64,000 nt of DNA from an uncultured Desulfobacter sp. (GTDB lineage Bacteria; Desulfobacterota; Desulfobacteria; Desulfobacterales; Desulfobacteraceae). The DNA lies in the NCBI GenBank assembly GCA_963665095.1, contig OY762069.1:5376001-5440000 (forward strand), written 5' to 3'. The notes under the pieces are model-generated. The model saw nothing but the letters and a program-made list of their open reading frames with translations, had not been told where the DNA came from and did not search any database. The position numbers and the translations under genes were made by a program. Positions 1 through 10,047 of the stretch are shown here, piece by piece (position 1 is the stretch's first letter; the number at the start of each line of letters is the position of its first letter).

Positions 1-138
1 CAAGTTTTATAAGGGTCAACCGCCTCACTATAGTCGGTTGCTTTCCCAATGGCAATTTTTAATTCCATTGTACTGTCTACGGGATTTCGATATACAAAGG
101 TTTTGACACCTGCATTATTTATTTTTAGGAGAAATGGT

Positions 139-1203
139 ATGGATGTGCCCATAGGAGACCGCGTCATTGGCGATGGCCATCCGGTGTTTATTGTGTTTGA
201 GGCGGGGCCTACCCATGATGGACTGGATTCTGCCCTGGCCCTTGTTGAACATGCTGCCAAAGCCGGGGCTGATGCTGTTAAATTCCAGACATTGGACCCG
301 AACCGGCTGGTACCGGATAAAACCCAGCTTTTTTCCTATGACATCCTTCTGGATAAGATTACAGGTGAGCGGGGATGCAGGACAGAGCCGTTGTACGATA
401 TCCTTATGCGTCGGTACCTGCCTTTTGAACAGTGGCGCAAGGTGAAGCAACGTTGCGATGATTTGGGAATCTGTTTTTTTTCCACGGCCACATTTCAGGA
501 TGAAGTTGATTTTCTTAAAGAACTTGACTGTCAGACCCTTAAAATATGTTCCGGGGATATTAACCACCTGCCGTTTATCCGGTATTGCGCCAAAACAGGT
601 ATGAGCATTCAGCTGGATACCGGAAATGCCACCATCGGGGAGGTGGAAAAAGCATATGATGAAGTGGTAGGGGCGGGAAATCCAAATATTATTATTCATA
701 ACTGCCCTTCCGGATATCCGGCACGGCTGGAAAGCATCAATTTAAGGGTAATCTCCACACTCAAACAGATGTTTCAATGTCCTGTGGCTTTTTCCGACCA
801 CACACCGGGCTGGGAAATGGATATTGCCGCCATTGCCCTGGGGGCCAACATGGTTGAAAAAACGATTACGCTGGACCGGGCCACGCCCAGTGTGGAACAT
901 CTGTTTTCCATAGAACCCCATGAGATGAAAGCCTTTGTAAGATCGGTCCGAGACCTTGAAATCGCGCTGGGAAGTCCCCGCAGGGTTCTTGGGGAAGAAG
1001 AGCGGCAAAGGGGAATTGGCGGACGCAGGAGTATTGTGCTGAAAAAAACGGTGAAAAAAGATCAGATAATAGATCCTTCGGCAATTGAGTTTGCCCGGCC
1101 GGGAACAGGTATTTCTCCGGAGCTGGCCGATGTCATTGAAGGCAAGAGATTTACCCGGGATCTGCCGGCCGGCAGAATTCTGGATTGGGGGGATTGGGGA
1201 TAA
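139..1203 (+). CDS. N-acetylneuraminate synthase-family (NeuB/SpsE/PseI-like) nonulosonic acid synthase with C-terminal SAF domain
   Basis: Motifs GADAVKFQT, KICSGD, HNCPSGYPA, FSDHT, GANMVEK and SAF-like RRSIV...RPGTGISP; AGGAG RBS precedes ATG 139. Confidence 0.9.
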   Translation: MDVPIGDRVIGDGHPVFIVFEAGPTHDGLDSALALVEHAAKAGADAVKFQTLDPNRLVPDKTQLFSYDILLDKITGERGCRTEPLYDILMRRYLPFEQWRKVKQRCDDLGICFFSTATFQDEVDFLKELDCQTLKICSGDINHLPFIRYCAKTGMSIQLDTGNATIGEVEKAYDEVVGAGNPNIIIHNCPSGYPARLESINLRVISTLKQMFQCPVAFSDHTPGWEMDIAAIALGANMVEKTITLDRATPSVEHLFSIEPHEMKAFVRSVRDLEIALGSPRRVLGEEERQRGIGGRRSIVLKKTVKKDQIIDPSAIEFARPGTGISPELADVIEGKRFTRDLPAGRILDWGDWG

Positions 1204-1211
1204 AGGAAAAA

Positions 1212-2705
1212 ATGATGTCTGTGGATGACAATTTACAAAAAGCAGTTGCCCTGCATCAGGCAGGCAAATTACAGGAAGCCGAACAGATCTATCTTAATGT
1301 TCTTGCTCAGAATCCTGATCATCCCGATGCCACCCACTTTATGGGGGTGCTTGCTTATAATGCCGGGAAAAACGATGTAGCCATCGCTTATCTTAAAAGG
1401 GCGATAGAGCTGATGCCGTCCAATGCCGGGTGTTTTAATAATATGGGCAATGTTTTCCAGCACCAGGGTAAGTATTCGGAAGCGGTGAAATGGTATGAGA
1501 TCGCAGTCAGGCTGAACCCTGAACATAAACTGGCCCACAACAATATTGGTGTGGCCTATCTCAAGCTGGGTAAATTGGATATTGCCCTAGACGCCATTGA
1601 AAAGGCCATTGCCTTAGACCCGGGATATGCAGATGCCCATTGTAATTATGGAGAGGTTCTCAGGGCTCTGGGAGAGCATGACAAGGCACTGGAAGCTTTT
1701 AATAAGGCACTTGCGATTATTCCGGAACTGGTTATGGCCCGCTGGAATCGAGCCCTGATCTGGCTGGCACAGGGAAATTTTGCTGACGGCTGGGCCGAGT
1801 ATGAATGGCGGTGGCGCCGCCCGGAAACCCGCAAAAGGTCTTTTGCGTGTGGCACGGTCTGGCAGGGGCAGGATATCCGGGATAAAGTTTTGTTCGTATA
1901 TGAAGAACAGGGGTTGGGGGATACCATGCAGTTCATCCGTTACCTTCCAAAGCTTAAAGACCTTGGTGCCCGGGTGGTGTTTGAAACGGGGCCTGCCTTG
2001 ATTCGCCTGGTGGAGGGCAACCGGCTCTATGACCGGCTGCTTGTTGGTCTGAAAGGTGTGGATACCCGGCCGGTAGACCGATTTGATTTCCATGTCCCGC
2101 TGTTGTCTCTGCCACGTATATTAAAAACAACAATTGACACCATTCCGGCTAAGGTCCCATATCTGACTGCGGATAAGACGATTTGCAATATCTGGAAAAG
2201 CAGGGTGCCGGCTGACGATTCGTTTAAGATCGGCCTGGTGTGGGCCGGACATCCGGAACATAATAATGATCATAACCGTTCTATCCATTTATGCATGTTT
2301 AAAGAACTTGGCAAGGTTAAAGGGGTTAGTTTGTACAGTCTGCAAAAAGATAAGCATGAACGATGGACCGATACAAGCAGTTTGTCCATATTTGAAAAAG
2401 ATTTCGGGCCTGAAATTTCAGATTTTTCAGACACTGCGGCCATTCTTGATAATCTGGATCTTTTAATATCAGTAGACACTTCAGTGGTTCACCTGGCCGG
2501 GGCCATGGGTAAACCGGTATGGACACTTTTACCTTTTGCCCCTGATTTTCGCTGGCTGCTTTTCCGGGAAGACTCTCCCTGGTATCCGAGCATGCGACTG
2601 TTCAGGCAACCGGTTGCAGGGGATTGGAATTCGGTTTTCAAACGTGTGGTTCAGGCGCTGAATGAAGAGGTGAGCCGCCGGCAGGGTGATAACAAAAACG
2701 AATAA
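1212..2705 (+). CDS. TPR-repeat protein with C-terminal GT-B (GT9-like) glycosyltransferase domain
   Basis: About 6 TPRs, then GWAEYEWRW, EQGLGDTMQFIRY, IGLVWAG, DLLISVDTSVVHLAGAMG and PWYPSMRLFRQ motifs. Confidence 0.88.
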   Translation: MMSVDDNLQKAVALHQAGKLQEAEQIYLNVLAQNPDHPDATHFMGVLAYNAGKNDVAIAYLKRAIELMPSNAGCFNNMGNVFQHQGKYSEAVKWYEIAVRLNPEHKLAHNNIGVAYLKLGKLDIALDAIEKAIALDPGYADAHCNYGEVLRALGEHDKALEAFNKALAIIPELVMARWNRALIWLAQGNFADGWAEYEWRWRRPETRKRSFACGTVWQGQDIRDKVLFVYEEQGLGDTMQFIRYLPKLKDLGARVVFETGPALIRLVEGNRLYDRLLVGLKGVDTRPVDRFDFHVPLLSLPRILKTTIDTIPAKVPYLTADKTICNIWKSRVPADDSFKIGLVWAGHPEHNNDHNRSIHLCMFKELGKVKGVSLYSLQKDKHERWTDTSSLSIFEKDFGPEISDFSDTAAILDNLDLLISVDTSVVHLAGAMGKPVWTLLPFAPDFRWLLFREDSPWYPSMRLFRQPVAGDWNSVFKRVVQALNEEVSRRQGDNKNE

Positions 2706-2728
2706 TAAAGTAAAAAGGGAGTGTGTGG

Positions 2729-3316
2729 ATGCCTTGGGAACAAAGTAAAGCAGCCAAAAGACGATTTCATTCCGGAGGATTTCATAACCGGTATTTTGTA
2801 GGCAAGGGGGTTGATATTGGCGGCAAACCAGACCCTCTGGGGCAGTATGCCGGTATATTTCCGCTTATGGGTGAGGTTCGGGTATGGGACCTGCAGGATG
2901 GGGATGCCCAGATCATGGCAGGGGTTCCGGACAACTATTTTGACTTTGTTCATTCCAGCCATTGTCTGGAGCATCTTCATGATCCCTATGAAGGATTTGG
3001 CAACTGGATAAGAATATTGAAGCCCGGCGGACATATCATCACCACCGTTCCCGATGAGGACCTGTATGAAAAAGGAGTGTTTCCGTCCCGGTTTAACCCC
3101 GACCATAAATGGACCATGACCATTCAAAAGGCAAGTTCCTGGTCTGATAAGTCTGTCAATATCATGGAATTGCTTCAGTCTTTCAAAGACCAGATAAAGA
3201 TAATAAAAATTGAACTGATAGAAGATTTTTACCGTTCTCATTTAAAAGAAAACATTGATCAAACTGCTACGCCTGTGGCAGAATGCAGTATTGAATTTAT
3301 TGTCAGAAAGCTTTAA
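2729..3316 (+). CDS. Class I SAM-dependent methyltransferase (type 11-like)
   Basis: GVDIGG motif I variant; FDFVHSSHCLEHL...ILKPGG. Confidence 0.8.
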   Translation: MPWEQSKAAKRRFHSGGFHNRYFVGKGVDIGGKPDPLGQYAGIFPLMGEVRVWDLQDGDAQIMAGVPDNYFDFVHSSHCLEHLHDPYEGFGNWIRILKPGGHIITTVPDEDLYEKGVFPSRFNPDHKWTMTIQKASSWSDKSVNIMELLQSFKDQIKIIKIELIEDFYRSHLKENIDQTATPVAECSIEFIVRKL

Positions 3317-3341
3317 AAAATAAAATAAATCAAAAAAACAG

Positions 3342-3370
3342 TTGACAATAAAAATCAAAAAATATAAATT
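3342..3370 (+). promoter_or_regulatory. Sigma70-type promoter of the tRNA operon
   Basis: TTGACA(3342-3347)-17 nt-TAAATT(3365-3370); A-rich UP-like tract upstream and GC-rich discriminator (GCCCG) downstream, 25 nt before tRNA-Lys. Confidence 0.75.
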
Positions 3371-3395
3371 GCCCGTGTTTTTGACACAGCCCTAA

Positions 3396-3471
3396 GGGCC
3401 GTTAACTCAGTTGGCAGAGTATCTGCCTTTTAAGCAGAGAGTCGCTGGTTCGAGCCCAGCACGGCCCACCA
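3396..3471 (+). tRNA. tRNA-Lys (anticodon TTT)
   Basis: Cloverleaf: GGGCCGT/ACGGCCC acceptor stem, anticodon arm TCTGC-CTTTTAA-GCAGA, TTCGA T-loop, encoded CCA. Confidence 0.97.
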
Positions 3472-3493
3472 GCACAAAGTGTTAAAACTATGT

Positions 3494-3571
3494 GTCCCCA
3501 TCGTCTAGCCCGGTCCAGGACACAGGCCTTTCACGCCTGCGACAGGGGTTCGAATCCCCTTGGGGACGCCA
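3494..3571 (+). tRNA. tRNA-Glu (anticodon TTC)
   Basis: GTCCCCA/TGGGGAC acceptor stem, anticodon arm CAGGC-CTTTCAC-GCCTG, GGTTCGAATCC T-arm, encoded CCA. Confidence 0.97.
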
Positions 3572-3580
3572 CTTGAAAAT

Positions 3581-3613
3581 AAAGGCTTTCAGCGTTTTGC
3601 TGAGAGCCTTTTT
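3581..3613 (+). terminator. Rho-independent terminator after the tRNA pair
   Basis: AAAGGCTTTCAGC-GTTTT-GCTGAGAGCCTTT hairpin followed by a T tract. Confidence 0.8.
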
Positions 3614-3715
3614 GTGTTTCTGAAACTGTGTTTTCCAACCTTTCATTATGAAATCAGGGTAATTGCCGGTAACTTGCTCCAGGGCAAAGGCCTCTCATCC
3701 CTTGGTGCCCGTGCG

Positions 3716-3925
3716 TATAGTGTTAATGCTTTGGATTTTGTTTTTACAAACCCAATTTTCCGGAACAATAAATTTACAAATAATAGTGGAGTCCCCACAG
3801 CGACCGCTGCCCGATTTACAAGAATTCTTTTAGATCAGAACCTAATTAACACAGTGGAAGAAGCATCCGGCCGGCGGCCTGCCTTATATGCCTTTGAACC
3901 TTTATTGGAACTCGTCAGGGTATAA
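3716..3925 (+). pseudogene. C-terminal fragment of a Fic/DOC-family protein (winged-HTH tail)
   Basis: ALDFVFTNPIF...SGVPTATAARFTRILLDQNLINTVEEASGRRPALYAFEPLLELVRV resembles Fic C-termini; no start codon/RBS and no HPFxxGNGR Fic motif upstream. Confidence 0.6.
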
Positions 3926-4310
3926 AGGGAGATGTCTGCGCATACCACGGCGCCCCAAAGCCCTGCCATCGAATTTTTGTGTTGTGGATACAAAACCCGG
4001 ATACAAAAAGTTCGGCGATGCCTCTCGGTTTTCCCCTGACAAAATAGATCTCAATGTTTTAGGGAGCTATTTTTTGTATGGCAGGCAGAATAGCACCGAT
4101 GTAATATTTAATATGATGCTCAGGCGGTTTACTGTTTACTTACTATATCCCTCTTTGTAATATATCGATAATTTGGAATTCAGCCTTTTAAGCAATATTA
4201 AACGGTTATGTGATATCGTGATTATATGAGATCTGTTTAGAACAGATTTTACCTGTTTCCAAAAATGCTGCCGGAAGGCTTGAGAAATTGATTCAAGAGG
4301 AGTAAATGAC

Positions 4311-5270
4311 GTGACTCACCCCCGGAATTTCGCACTGATCGGAGTCGCAGGATATGTTGCCCCCAAACATATGAAGGCCATTCATGATACTGGAAATATA
4401 CTTGTGGCGGCACTGGATAAAAGTGATTCAGTCGGGATTCTGGACAGTTATTCCTATGATACGGCTTTTTTTACAGAGTTTGAGCGCTTCGACCGTCATG
4501 TGGAAAAGCTCAAACGCCTGGGACCGGATCGCAAAATTGACTATGTCAGTATCTGTTCTCCCAATTACCTGCATGACGCTCACATTCGGTTTGCCTTGCG
4601 CGTGGGGGCCAATGCCATTTGTGAAAAGCCTTTGGTTCTGAATCCATGGAATCTGGACGCTTTGAAATGCATTGAGGACGAAACCGGACAAAAGATTTAC
4701 AATATCCTTCAACTGAGAGTACATCCTTCTATTATCTCTTTAAAAGAGGAGATTTCCCGGGAACCAAGACAGAAGAAATATCTCATTGATCTGTCCTATA
4801 TTACTTCCCGGGGAGAATGGTATTTCAGATCCTGGAAAGGAGAACTTGAAAAATCCGGTGGGATCGCCACCAATATAGGGATTCATTTTTTTGACATGTT
4901 GATCTGGCTTTTTGGCAGGGTTGAGTATTCTGAGCTTCATGTGAAAAATAATAAACAGATGGGTGGATTTATTTCCCTTGAAAAAGCGGACGTCCGCTGG
5001 TTTTTATCGGTTGATCGGAAAAATCTGCCAAAAGAGGCTGCTGGCAAGGGGCTTCCCACGTTTCGTTCCATTACTGTGGATGAAAAAGAAATTGAATTTT
5101 CCGGAGGGTTTACAGATTTGCACACCCTTGTTTACGAAGGTATCCTTGCCGGGAAAGGCTTTGGCATTGAAGATGCAAGGCCTTCTTTAGATCTTGTTTA
5201 TACATTAAGAGCCATGGAACCTGTAAGACCCGGGACTGAGCGTGCCCATCCTTTTGTAAGAGAAGGCTGA
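4311..5270 (+). CDS. wbpB: UDP-GlcNAcA 3-dehydrogenase (Gfo/Idh/MocA family)
   Basis: NFALIGVAGYVAPKH, DYVSICSPNYLH, ICEKPLV, GGIATNIGIHFFD; first gene of a wbpB-D-E trio; GAGGAG RBS before GTG. Confidence 0.9.
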   Translation: MTHPRNFALIGVAGYVAPKHMKAIHDTGNILVAALDKSDSVGILDSYSYDTAFFTEFERFDRHVEKLKRLGPDRKIDYVSICSPNYLHDAHIRFALRVGANAICEKPLVLNPWNLDALKCIEDETGQKIYNILQLRVHPSIISLKEEISREPRQKKYLIDLSYITSRGEWYFRSWKGELEKSGGIATNIGIHFFDMLIWLFGRVEYSELHVKNNKQMGGFISLEKADVRWFLSVDRKNLPKEAAGKGLPTFRSITVDEKEIEFSGGFTDLHTLVYEGILAGKGFGIEDARPSLDLVYTLRAMEPVRPGTERAHPFVREG

Positions 5271-5292
5271 ATTTTTTAGATAATTAAAGGCC

Positions 5293-5961
5293 ATGACAGA
5301 AAAGAAATCCAAATATTTTATCCACGAATCTGCTTATGTGGATGAAAACGTGCGCATCGGCAGCGGCAGCCGGATCTGGCATTTTTCTCATCTCATGCCG
5401 GGTGCTGTGGTTGGTGAGAACTGCAATCTGGGCCAGAATGTATGTGTATCATCCGGTGTTGTTATTGGAAATAATGTCAAAATACAGAATAATGTCTCCG
5501 TTTATGAAGGCACTGTGGTGGAAGATGATGTATTTTTAGGCCCGTCATGTGTCCTGACCAATGTCTTAAATCCCAGGTCCCAGGTTTCCAGAAAACATCA
5601 GTACGAAAAGATCCTGATCCGCCAGGGGGCGACAATCGGTGCAAATGCCACCATTGTCTGTGGTGTCACCATCGGGCAGTACGCGTTTGTGGCCGCTGGA
5701 GCGGTTGTCACCCGTGATGTTGCCGATTACACCCAAGTTTCCGGTATCCCTGCGAGGACGGTAGGCTGGATGAGCCGCCATGGAATGCCTTTGAGAGACA
5801 AAGATGACCAGGGCATTTATACTTGCCCGGAAAGCGGGTTAAGGTATAAAGCAAACGCGTCCGGGCAGCTTTACTGTCTGGATATGAAAGAAGATGCCAG
5901 CCTGCCTGAAGCGTTTTCAACAGGGAAAATTCAATATTCTGAATGGAGAAAAAATCGCTGA
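5293..5961 (+). CDS. wbpD: UDP-2-acetamido-3-amino-2,3-dideoxy-glucuronate N-acetyltransferase (hexapeptide repeat)
   Basis: SRIWHF, LGQNV, KIQNNVSVYEG, TNVLNPRS, GANATIVCG, GWMSRHG motifs. Confidence 0.9.
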   Translation: MTEKKSKYFIHESAYVDENVRIGSGSRIWHFSHLMPGAVVGENCNLGQNVCVSSGVVIGNNVKIQNNVSVYEGTVVEDDVFLGPSCVLTNVLNPRSQVSRKHQYEKILIRQGATIGANATIVCGVTIGQYAFVAAGAVVTRDVADYTQVSGIPARTVGWMSRHGMPLRDKDDQGIYTCPESGLRYKANASGQLYCLDMKEDASLPEAFSTGKIQYSEWRKNR

Positions 5962-5963
5962 CC

Positions 5964-7136
5964 ATGCCTGCTTTTGAAAAAGAGATCTGTTTTGTGGATC
6001 TGGCTGCCCAGCAGCAACGCATACTTCCGGCCATTAACGATCGGATTAAAAAGGTGCTTGCCCATGGGCAATATATTATGGGGCCGGAGGTGTTTGAGCT
6101 TGAAAAGGCCTTTGAAACCTATCTGGGTGTTGAACATGCAGTGGCATGTGCAAGCGGCACAGATGCATTGCTGATGGCACTGATGGCGCTTGATATCGGT
6201 CCTGGAGACGCTGTTTTTACATCTCCTTTTACCTTTGTGGCAACCGCTGAAGTCATTTCCCTTTTAGGGGCAACCCCTGTTTTTGTGGATGTGGAGCCAG
6301 ATACATTCAACCTTGACCCGACCTGCCTTGAACAGGCTATTATTGCCTTAACTCAGGGGGGCAGTTACCCAATACCGGAAACCGGTACACAACAACTTGT
6401 ACCCAGATGCATCATTCCGGTTGATTTATTCGGGCTGCCTGCTGATTACAGCCGGATCAACCAGATTGCAGATCAACACAATCTTGTGGTTGTTGCTGAT
6501 GCGGCCCAGAGTTTTGGGGCAACTATTGGAGATAAAAAAGCATGTGCATGCGCCCATGTGGCTGCCACCAGTTTTTTCCCTTCCAAACCGCTGGGGTGCT
6601 ATGGAGATGGCGGGGCAGTGTTTACCAATGATGATGCCCTGGCTGAACAACTTAGATCAATCCGCGCCCACGGTAAGGGCAGCCAGAAATATGACAATAT
6701 ACGCATTGGGATCAATGGCCGGCTTGATACGATTCAGGCGGCTGTTTTATTGGAAAAAATGACCATTTTTGACAGTGAGATGCATTTAAGGCAGGATATT
6801 GCCGCCTTGTATAATGAAAAGATCGCACCGGATGTAAGGTGCCAGCTCATACCAGCAGGGTTTAACAGTGCGTGGGCTCAGTTCTCACTGCTCAGTAATG
6901 ACCGGACCGCACTGCTTCAGCGGCTTAGGGCGTATCATATCCCCACGGCTATATATTATCCAAAACCCCTTCACTGTCAGAAGGCATTTTCATATTTGAA
7001 TTACAAGCCGGATGACTTCCCGGTGGCCGCCAGATTATCACAAACTATCTTCAGTTTGCCTATGCATCCATACCTTGACCGGTCCGATGTGACATATATT
7101 TGTGATGTCATAAATGGAGCCGAACCTCAATGTTGA
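5964..7136 (+). CDS. wbpE: DegT/DnrJ/EryC1/StrS PLP aminotransferase (UDP-3-keto-GlcNAcA aminotransferase)
   Basis: HGQYIMGPEV, SGTDAL, DAAQSFGA, SFFPSKPLGCYGDGGA (PLP lysine), NGRLDTIQAA. Confidence 0.9.
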   Translation: MPAFEKEICFVDLAAQQQRILPAINDRIKKVLAHGQYIMGPEVFELEKAFETYLGVEHAVACASGTDALLMALMALDIGPGDAVFTSPFTFVATAEVISLLGATPVFVDVEPDTFNLDPTCLEQAIIALTQGGSYPIPETGTQQLVPRCIIPVDLFGLPADYSRINQIADQHNLVVVADAAQSFGATIGDKKACACAHVAATSFFPSKPLGCYGDGGAVFTNDDALAEQLRSIRAHGKGSQKYDNIRIGINGRLDTIQAAVLLEKMTIFDSEMHLRQDIAALYNEKIAPDVRCQLIPAGFNSAWAQFSLLSNDRTALLQRLRAYHIPTAIYYPKPLHCQKAFSYLNYKPDDFPVAARLSQTIFSLPMHPYLDRSDVTYICDVINGAEPQC

Positions 7137-7217
7137 AAGGGGATCATGGTTGGCTTGACCGGGATGCCCTGGTATTCTCTTTTTTTGTTGTAAATTAAAA
7201 CCTTGGAAGCGAAGATT

Positions 7218-10019
7218 ATGAAAAAAGATGCAAAAAAAATTAAAATTTCAGCCTGCATGATGGTTAAAAATGAAGAGGAAATGCTCCCAAGATGTTTGAA
7301 CAGCATCAAGCATTTAATTGATGAACTGATTATAGTTGATACCGGATCGACCGATAAAACTGTTGAGATCGCCCAGTCGTTTGGTGCAAAGATTTATCAT
7401 CATCCCTGGGAAGACAATTTCAGCAAACACCGAAATCAGTCTTTGTCTTATGCCACAGGCGACTGGATTATTCAGATTGATGCCGATGAGGAACTCAACG
7501 GCTATCATCTGAAAAAAGAAAGTTTGAAAAAGGTTTTTGCAAATGCTCCGGATGAACAGCATTGTTTTCTGATCAAGCTGCTAGATAAAAATAAAAAAGG
7601 AGAAGTCACCACAACCACTGAAATGATCCGGATTTTTAAAAACCATGTCGGGGTCCATTTTGAGGGGATTGTGCATAACCGTCCCGTATATTCTGGAAAA
7701 GTCGGGCATATTGATATTGAGTTTTTTCATTATGGATATGCTTTATCCGAAGAGCAGATGCAGGCAAAATACAAACGAACCAGCGGGCTGCTTTTTAAGC
7801 GGATTAATGAAAATCCGGAAGATCATGATGCTTACTTTTATCTATACCAGGTTCATTCAGAAATGGGTGAGAAAGAAAAGGCCGTTCAATATGCCATGCG
7901 CTGCCTTGAGCTGGTTGAGAAAAAAGGCATTAATCCCACAGAGGCCTCATTTTACAACTCTTTATACTATGGCATTTCCAGCGTATACCTAAAATCAGGC
8001 AAGTATGATGAGGCTCTTCTTGCCATCCGTAAAGGCCTTGACGTATTACCCGAAGAAGTTGACCTGTATTATAATATGGCTGCTCTTGGATATTTCAGTG
8101 GTCAGCCCAATCTCTCCATAGAGGGCGGAAAAGATTATTTTCAGATCGTTGATAAATTCCGGTCTGATCCCTCCAGGTCTGGAACGAGGTTTATTTTTAC
8201 CACTTCTAAAAATGCCGAAATCACAGTGTGTTTCTGGTTAATGACAGGCTTAATTGCAGAAGGCCTGTTTGCCGAATTCTCAGACCTGTGGGAAAAATAT
8301 AAAGAGGATATGCTTGAAAAACCCGGATTCCAAAAAGAGCTGTTCAAACTGTTTGAAAAAAAAGAGGCCTTTGAATGCCTTGAGTCTGTCGCTGTCTTTC
8401 TATTAAATAACCTTGAAAAAATTCATGCTGCAAATCATCAAATGATCTATTCTTTTCTTGTATTTTATTTAAGAGAAAGAAAAGCGTATCAAAAAGAGAG
8501 TAATCGTGAGCTTGATGCGTTATTTAAAAATGTGGCTGGAAGTTATTTGAACGCCCTTGCAAGTTATAACGATATGCCGACTGCGGATGCTGTTGTTATT
8601 GCCGAATATCTTTTAGAAAACAGCATGGGACAGTTTTTTTTAGATCTTACCCTGGTGCTTTTTGAGCGGGAGGTTGCAGGACAGATAAAGGTAATTGATA
8701 CAGATGAAACGATCATTGATGGCTATACCCTGATTGCCAAAAAACAAGAACAGGATCGTAAAGGAAAGCTAATTTCTTTGTTATGCCTAAGAATCTGTGA
8801 AAGACTATCTGAAAGCAAGCAGAGTAGAACGGTTGAAGATGGCATCTCCAAAAGGGAGAGCATTTCATCCTGTAGCGATCAAAATGTCTCCCCTATAAAG
8901 TGTGACTTGAGTGAGGATGATCTGGCTACACCACATGTTCTGAAAAAGAACAGGATTCCGCTGGTGTGTGTTGGGCTTCCGGTGTTTAACGGGGGACTAT
9001 CCTTGATAAACGCAATAGAATCAATCCTTAATCAGGACTTTGAGGATTTTGAACTTATTATTTCTGATAATTGCTCCACAGATGAAACTGAAGAAACCTG
9101 CCGCAGATATGCTAACAAAGATAATAGAATCTACTATACTCGATTGGACAAAAATTATGGAAAGGTGGTGAATTGGCGCAACGTTTTTGGTTTGGCTAGG
9201 GGCGAATATTTTGTGTTTGCCCAGCATGAGAATACATTTTATCCTCAATTTATTCGTAGTTGCCTGGATGAATTGATACATGAGAATTCAATCGAAATCG
9301 TTTTCCCGCAGATAAATTTGTTTGACGATCGAACAAAACACATACCTTACTCAGACCCGCTTAATGTGATTCAGGATGATCCATTAGAACGATATCTTCA
9401 TGTCTTAGAGAAAATGGACTTAAACACCCCCCTGCTCGGGATGATGCGGCAATCGGTCTTGCGAAAAAATAGAACCTTTTTCGGTTCGTTAACAACACAG
9501 TTGGTTTTTGGGGATCTGCCGACAGTATCTGAAATTGCACTAAGGGGAAAGGTCAAACAGATTAATAAAATACTGCTGAACAGGAAAAAATCTGCCAATG
9601 AGATTGATAATCTGCAACAGCGGATAGTCAAATTGATAAACACAATTGGCCCCTGTATCATAAATGAGGGGATCAGTCTGCCTTATAGTGGGATTATCCG
9701 GAAACAAATGGAAGTTATAAAATATGCTGACATCTCTTTTTCGCAAAAAGATTTTTTGATTAAAGAGAGCATAAAATGCCTTAAAAATCGGTTCCAGCCA
9801 TTTATGTCAGAAGAGATACGCCGTGCTATTTCCCTGATAAATGCAAACTCCTTTTTTACTACATGGGATGGAAGAACTTTGCCAATCAATGTATTAAACA
9901 GCCTTGAGCATTTTAAACGTGAATATTTAACTACCCTTTGCAGGGATCTTCAAGATGCTCTGTTAATTTTTCCAGAGTGGGAAGAATTAATAAAAGTTGT
10001 TAAAATTATAGCAACTTAA
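7218..10019 (+). CDS. Multidomain glycosyltransferase: N-terminal GT2 + TPR + helical linker + second GT2
   Basis: ISACMMVKNEE...VDTGSTD...NFSKHRN...IDADE (protein O-glycosyltransferase-type GT2), TPRs, then VCVGLPVFNG...IISDNCSTD from about 8955. Confidence 0.88.
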   Translation: MKKDAKKIKISACMMVKNEEEMLPRCLNSIKHLIDELIIVDTGSTDKTVEIAQSFGAKIYHHPWEDNFSKHRNQSLSYATGDWIIQIDADEELNGYHLKKESLKKVFANAPDEQHCFLIKLLDKNKKGEVTTTTEMIRIFKNHVGVHFEGIVHNRPVYSGKVGHIDIEFFHYGYALSEEQMQAKYKRTSGLLFKRINENPEDHDAYFYLYQVHSEMGEKEKAVQYAMRCLELVEKKGINPTEASFYNSLYYGISSVYLKSGKYDEALLAIRKGLDVLPEEVDLYYNMAALGYFSGQPNLSIEGGKDYFQIVDKFRSDPSRSGTRFIFTTSKNAEITVCFWLMTGLIAEGLFAEFSDLWEKYKEDMLEKPGFQKELFKLFEKKEAFECLESVAVFLLNNLEKIHAANHQMIYSFLVFYLRERKAYQKESNRELDALFKNVAGSYLNALASYNDMPTADAVVIAEYLLENSMGQFFLDLTLVLFEREVAGQIKVIDTDETIIDGYTLIAKKQEQDRKGKLISLLCLRICERLSESKQSRTVEDGISKRESISSCSDQNVSPIKCDLSEDDLATPHVLKKNRIPLVCVGLPVFNGGLSLINAIESILNQDFEDFELIISDNCSTDETEETCRRYANKDNRIYYTRLDKNYGKVVNWRNVFGLARGEYFVFAQHENTFYPQFIRSCLDELIHENSIEIVFPQINLFDDRTKHIPYSDPLNVIQDDPLERYLHVLEKMDLNTPLLGMMRQSVLRKNRTFFGSLTTQLVFGDLPTVSEIALRGKVKQINKILLNRKKSANEIDNLQQRIVKLINTIGPCIINEGISLPYSGIIRKQMEVIKYADISFSQKDFLIKESIKCLKNRFQPFMSEEIRRAISLINANSFFTTWDGRTLPINVLNSLEHFKREYLTTLCRDLQDALLIFPEWEELIKVVKIIAT

Positions 10020-10047
10020 AAATTGAATCAATAACCAATGAAATCAC

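Noticed and set aside
3640..3718. Minus-strand fragment faintly like a response-regulator receiver (KG*EAFALEQVTGNYPDFIM)
   Set aside because: Too short, interrupted by a stop, and not supportable without a search.
3560..4160. ORF-track ORFs 3560-3925 and 3888-4160 as intact genes
   Set aside because: The first starts inside tRNA-Glu and crosses the terminator, and only its 3' part looks protein-like; the second has no recognisable features.
4231..4247. Palindrome ATCTGTT-TAG-AACAGAT upstream of wbpB
   Set aside because: A single 7-bp arm pair with no second copy or cognate regulator; compatible with chance.
10020..10047. Bidirectional terminator between the converging operons
   Set aside because: The 28-bp gap has no convincing hairpin.
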